Positions 62,473-64,000 of a stretch of DNA of 64,000 nucleotides are shown here, one piece after another. Within the stretch, counting starts at the first letter, position 1; every line of letters starts with the position of its first letter. Under the pieces are notes generated by a model. It had not been told where the DNA came from and ran no database searches. It worked only from the letters and a program-made list of their open reading frames with translations. Position numbers and translations under genes: made by a program. This DNA comes from Gammaproteobacteria bacterium. Lineage in GTDB: Bacteria > Pseudomonadota > Gammaproteobacteria > JAJPIJ01. Location: NCBI GenBank assembly GCA_041395385.1, contig JAWLAN010000011.1, forward strand, positions 71,783 through 135,782. The letters are read 5' to 3'.

Positions 62473-64000
62473 TCACGCCGGCGAGGCCAGCGCGGCCCCG
62501 GGCTGCGGCTGGGTGCTGCGCAGCCGGTAGCGGCGGTCCGTCAGCGCCAGCAGTCCGCCGAAGGCCATCAGCACGCAGCCGGCCCAGATCCAGGTCACGA
62601 ACGGCTTGTGGTAGACGCGCACGCTCCAGCTCCGCGCATCGATGGGCTCGCCCAGCGAGACGTACAGATCGCCCAGCAGGCCGGTGGCGATCGCGGCCTC
62701 GGTCATGGCCATGCCGCTGGCGTTGTAGGTGCGCTTCTCCGGGTGCAGCGTGAGCATCTCGCGGCCGTCGCGCAGCACGGTGACGGTGCCCCGTGCCGCC
62801 CTGTAGTTCGGTCCGGTCACCGCGGTGGTGCCGTCGAAGCGGAACGTATGGCCGCCCATCTCGACGGTATCGCCGATCGCCATGCGCACGTCGCGTTCGG
62901 TCTCGTAGGTGCCCACTACCGTCACGCCGACGACGAACACCGCGACGCCCAGGTGGGCGAGGATCATCCCCCACCAGGCGCGCGGCTGCATGGCCAGCCG
63001 CTCCAGAAGCGCGCCGCGGAAGTTGCGGATCCGCTCGCGCGCGCTCACCACGGTCGCCGCGAAGATCCAGAAGGCGAGGAACAGGCCGAGCCGCAGGCCC
63101 CAGGAGCCGCCGCCGGCGATCAACGGCACCAGTACGGCGCAGACCAGGCTGACCGCGAAGGCCCAGCGCAACAGGGTCCACAGCTCCGGCAGCGTCGCCT
63201 GCTTCCAGCGCGCCACCGGCCCCACACCCATCAGGAAGACCAGCGGGCTCATCAGCGGCACGAACACGGCCTCGAAATAGGGAGGTCCGACGGAGATCTT
63301 GGTCTGCCCGCCGCTCAGCGCGTCCAGCGCCAGCGGATACAGTGTGCCCAGCAGCACCGAGCCGGCGGCCACGATCAGCAGGACGTTGTTGACGAGCAGG
63401 AAGGACTCGCGCGAGATCGTCGCGAAGCGCCCGCCGCCGCCGACCTGCGGCGCCCGCACGGCGAACAGCACCAGCGCCCCGCCGATGACGATCGCCAGGA
63501 ACACGAGTATGAACAGGCCGCGCTCCGGGTCGGTGGCGAAGGCGTGCACCGAGGTCAGCACGCCCGAGCGCACGAGGAAGGTGCCGAGCAGCGACAGCGA
63601 AAAGGCGCAGATCGCCAGCAGCACGGTCCAGCCCTTGAACGCGCCGCGCTTCTCGGTGACCGCCAGGGAGTGCACCAGCGCCGTGCCCACCAGCCAGGGC
63701 ATGAACGAGGCGTTCTCCACCGGGTCCCAGAACCACCATCCGCCCCAGCCCAGCTCGTTGTACGCCCACCAGCTTCCGATCAGTATGCCCAGGGTCAGAA
63801 AACACCAGGCAGCCGTCGTCCACGGCCGCGACCAGCGCGCCCAGGTCGCATCTAGCCGACCGCCCAGCAGCGCGGCGATCGCGAAGGCGAAGGCGACGGA
63901 AAAACCGACGTAACCCATGTAAAGCATCGGCGGATGCGCCACCATGCCCGGGTCCTGGAGCAAGGGGTTCAGATCGTTGCCCTCCGCTGCCGGCGGCGAG
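62473..64000 (-). CDS. ccmF: cytochrome c-type biogenesis haem lyase subunit CcmF (partial, N-terminus beyond window)
   Basis: Polytopic CcmF family with a WGGWWFWDPVEN Trp-rich motif. The frame continues open to the window edge. Confidence 0.85.
   Translation of the reverse strand, partial: SPPAAEGNDLNPLLQDPGMVAHPPMLYMGYVGFSVAFAFAIAALLGGRLDATWARWSRPWTTAAWCFLTLGILIGSWWAYNELGWGGWWFWDPVENASFMPWLVGTALVHSLAVTEKRGAFKGWTVLLAICAFSLSLLGTFLVRSGVLTSVHAFATDPERGLFILVFLAIVIGGALVLFAVRAPQVGGGGRFATISRESFLLVNNVLLIVAAGSVLLGTLYPLALDALSGGQTKISVGPPYFEAVFVPLMSPLVFLMGVGPVARWKQATLPELWTLLRWAFAVSLVCAVLVPLIAGGGSWGLRLGLFLAFWIFAATVVSARERIRNFRGALLERLAMQPRAWWGMILAHLGVAVFVVGVTVVGTYETERDVRMAIGDTVEMGGHTFRFDGTTAVTGPNYRAARGTVTVLRDGREMLTLHPEKRTYNASGMAMTEAAIATGLLGDLYVSLGEPIDARSWSVRVYHKPFVTWIWAGCVLMAFGGLLALTDRRYRLRSTQPQPGAALASPA

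Noticed and set aside
60710-63855. Plus-strand ORFs antisense to ccmI/H/G/F
   Set aside because: Antisense artefacts.

Overview
This is a gene-dense, high-GC (roughly 65%) gammaproteobacterial chromosomal segment. Almost all of it is recognisable core genes. I found no rRNA, tRNA, CRISPR array, transposase or integrase. Many long antisense ORFs in the six-frame track are high-GC artefacts; I called genes by recognisable protein signatures and synteny.

Gene order:
- Minus strand: recO-era-rnc-DUF4845-lepB-lepA, a glutaredoxin-like gene, and degP-rseB-rseA-rpoE.
- nadB (divergent from rpoE), a GGDEF protein, ligA-zipA-smc, queF-cysZ, dksA-gluQ, DAHP synthase, acs with a GAF/Fis-HTH regulator, a retropepsin-like protease, and an HpcH aldolase.
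- icd fused to a CBS pair, an AmmeMemoRadiSam-type radical SAM gene, a cfa-like methyltransferase coupled to a geranylgeranyl-reductase-like FAD enzyme, a lone HlyD adaptor, apbE, and a MoxR/DUF58/DUF4381/BatA/BatB/BatD operon.
- An oxygen-related neighbourhood: fnr plus a REC-only gene, fixLJ (haem-PAS FixL), a DsbD_2/TauE-like membrane protein, ccoS-ccoI, a roughly 1375-aa multi-PAS histidine kinase preceded by a perfect FNR box, a REC-PAS-GGDEF-EAL protein, and ccmF(partial)-ccmG-ccmH-ccmI.

Observations worth a second look:
- An isocitrate dehydrogenase with an in-frame C-terminal CBS-pair extension.
- A translationally coupled CFA-synthase-like and GGR-like FAD reductase pair.
- A DksA carrying a roughly 100-aa Lys/Ala/Pro-rich histone-H1-like N-terminal tail.
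- A roughly 300-bp AT-rich island between convergent genes with its own minus-strand rho-independent terminator and two tiny antisense ORFs.
- A standalone DarG/TARG1-like macrodomain with no DarT partner.
- AT-rich small secreted protein genes.

I cannot name a single new multi-gene system with confidence. The findings are individual anomalies. Coordinates read directly off the sequence text (boxes, hairpins) may be off by 1 nt.
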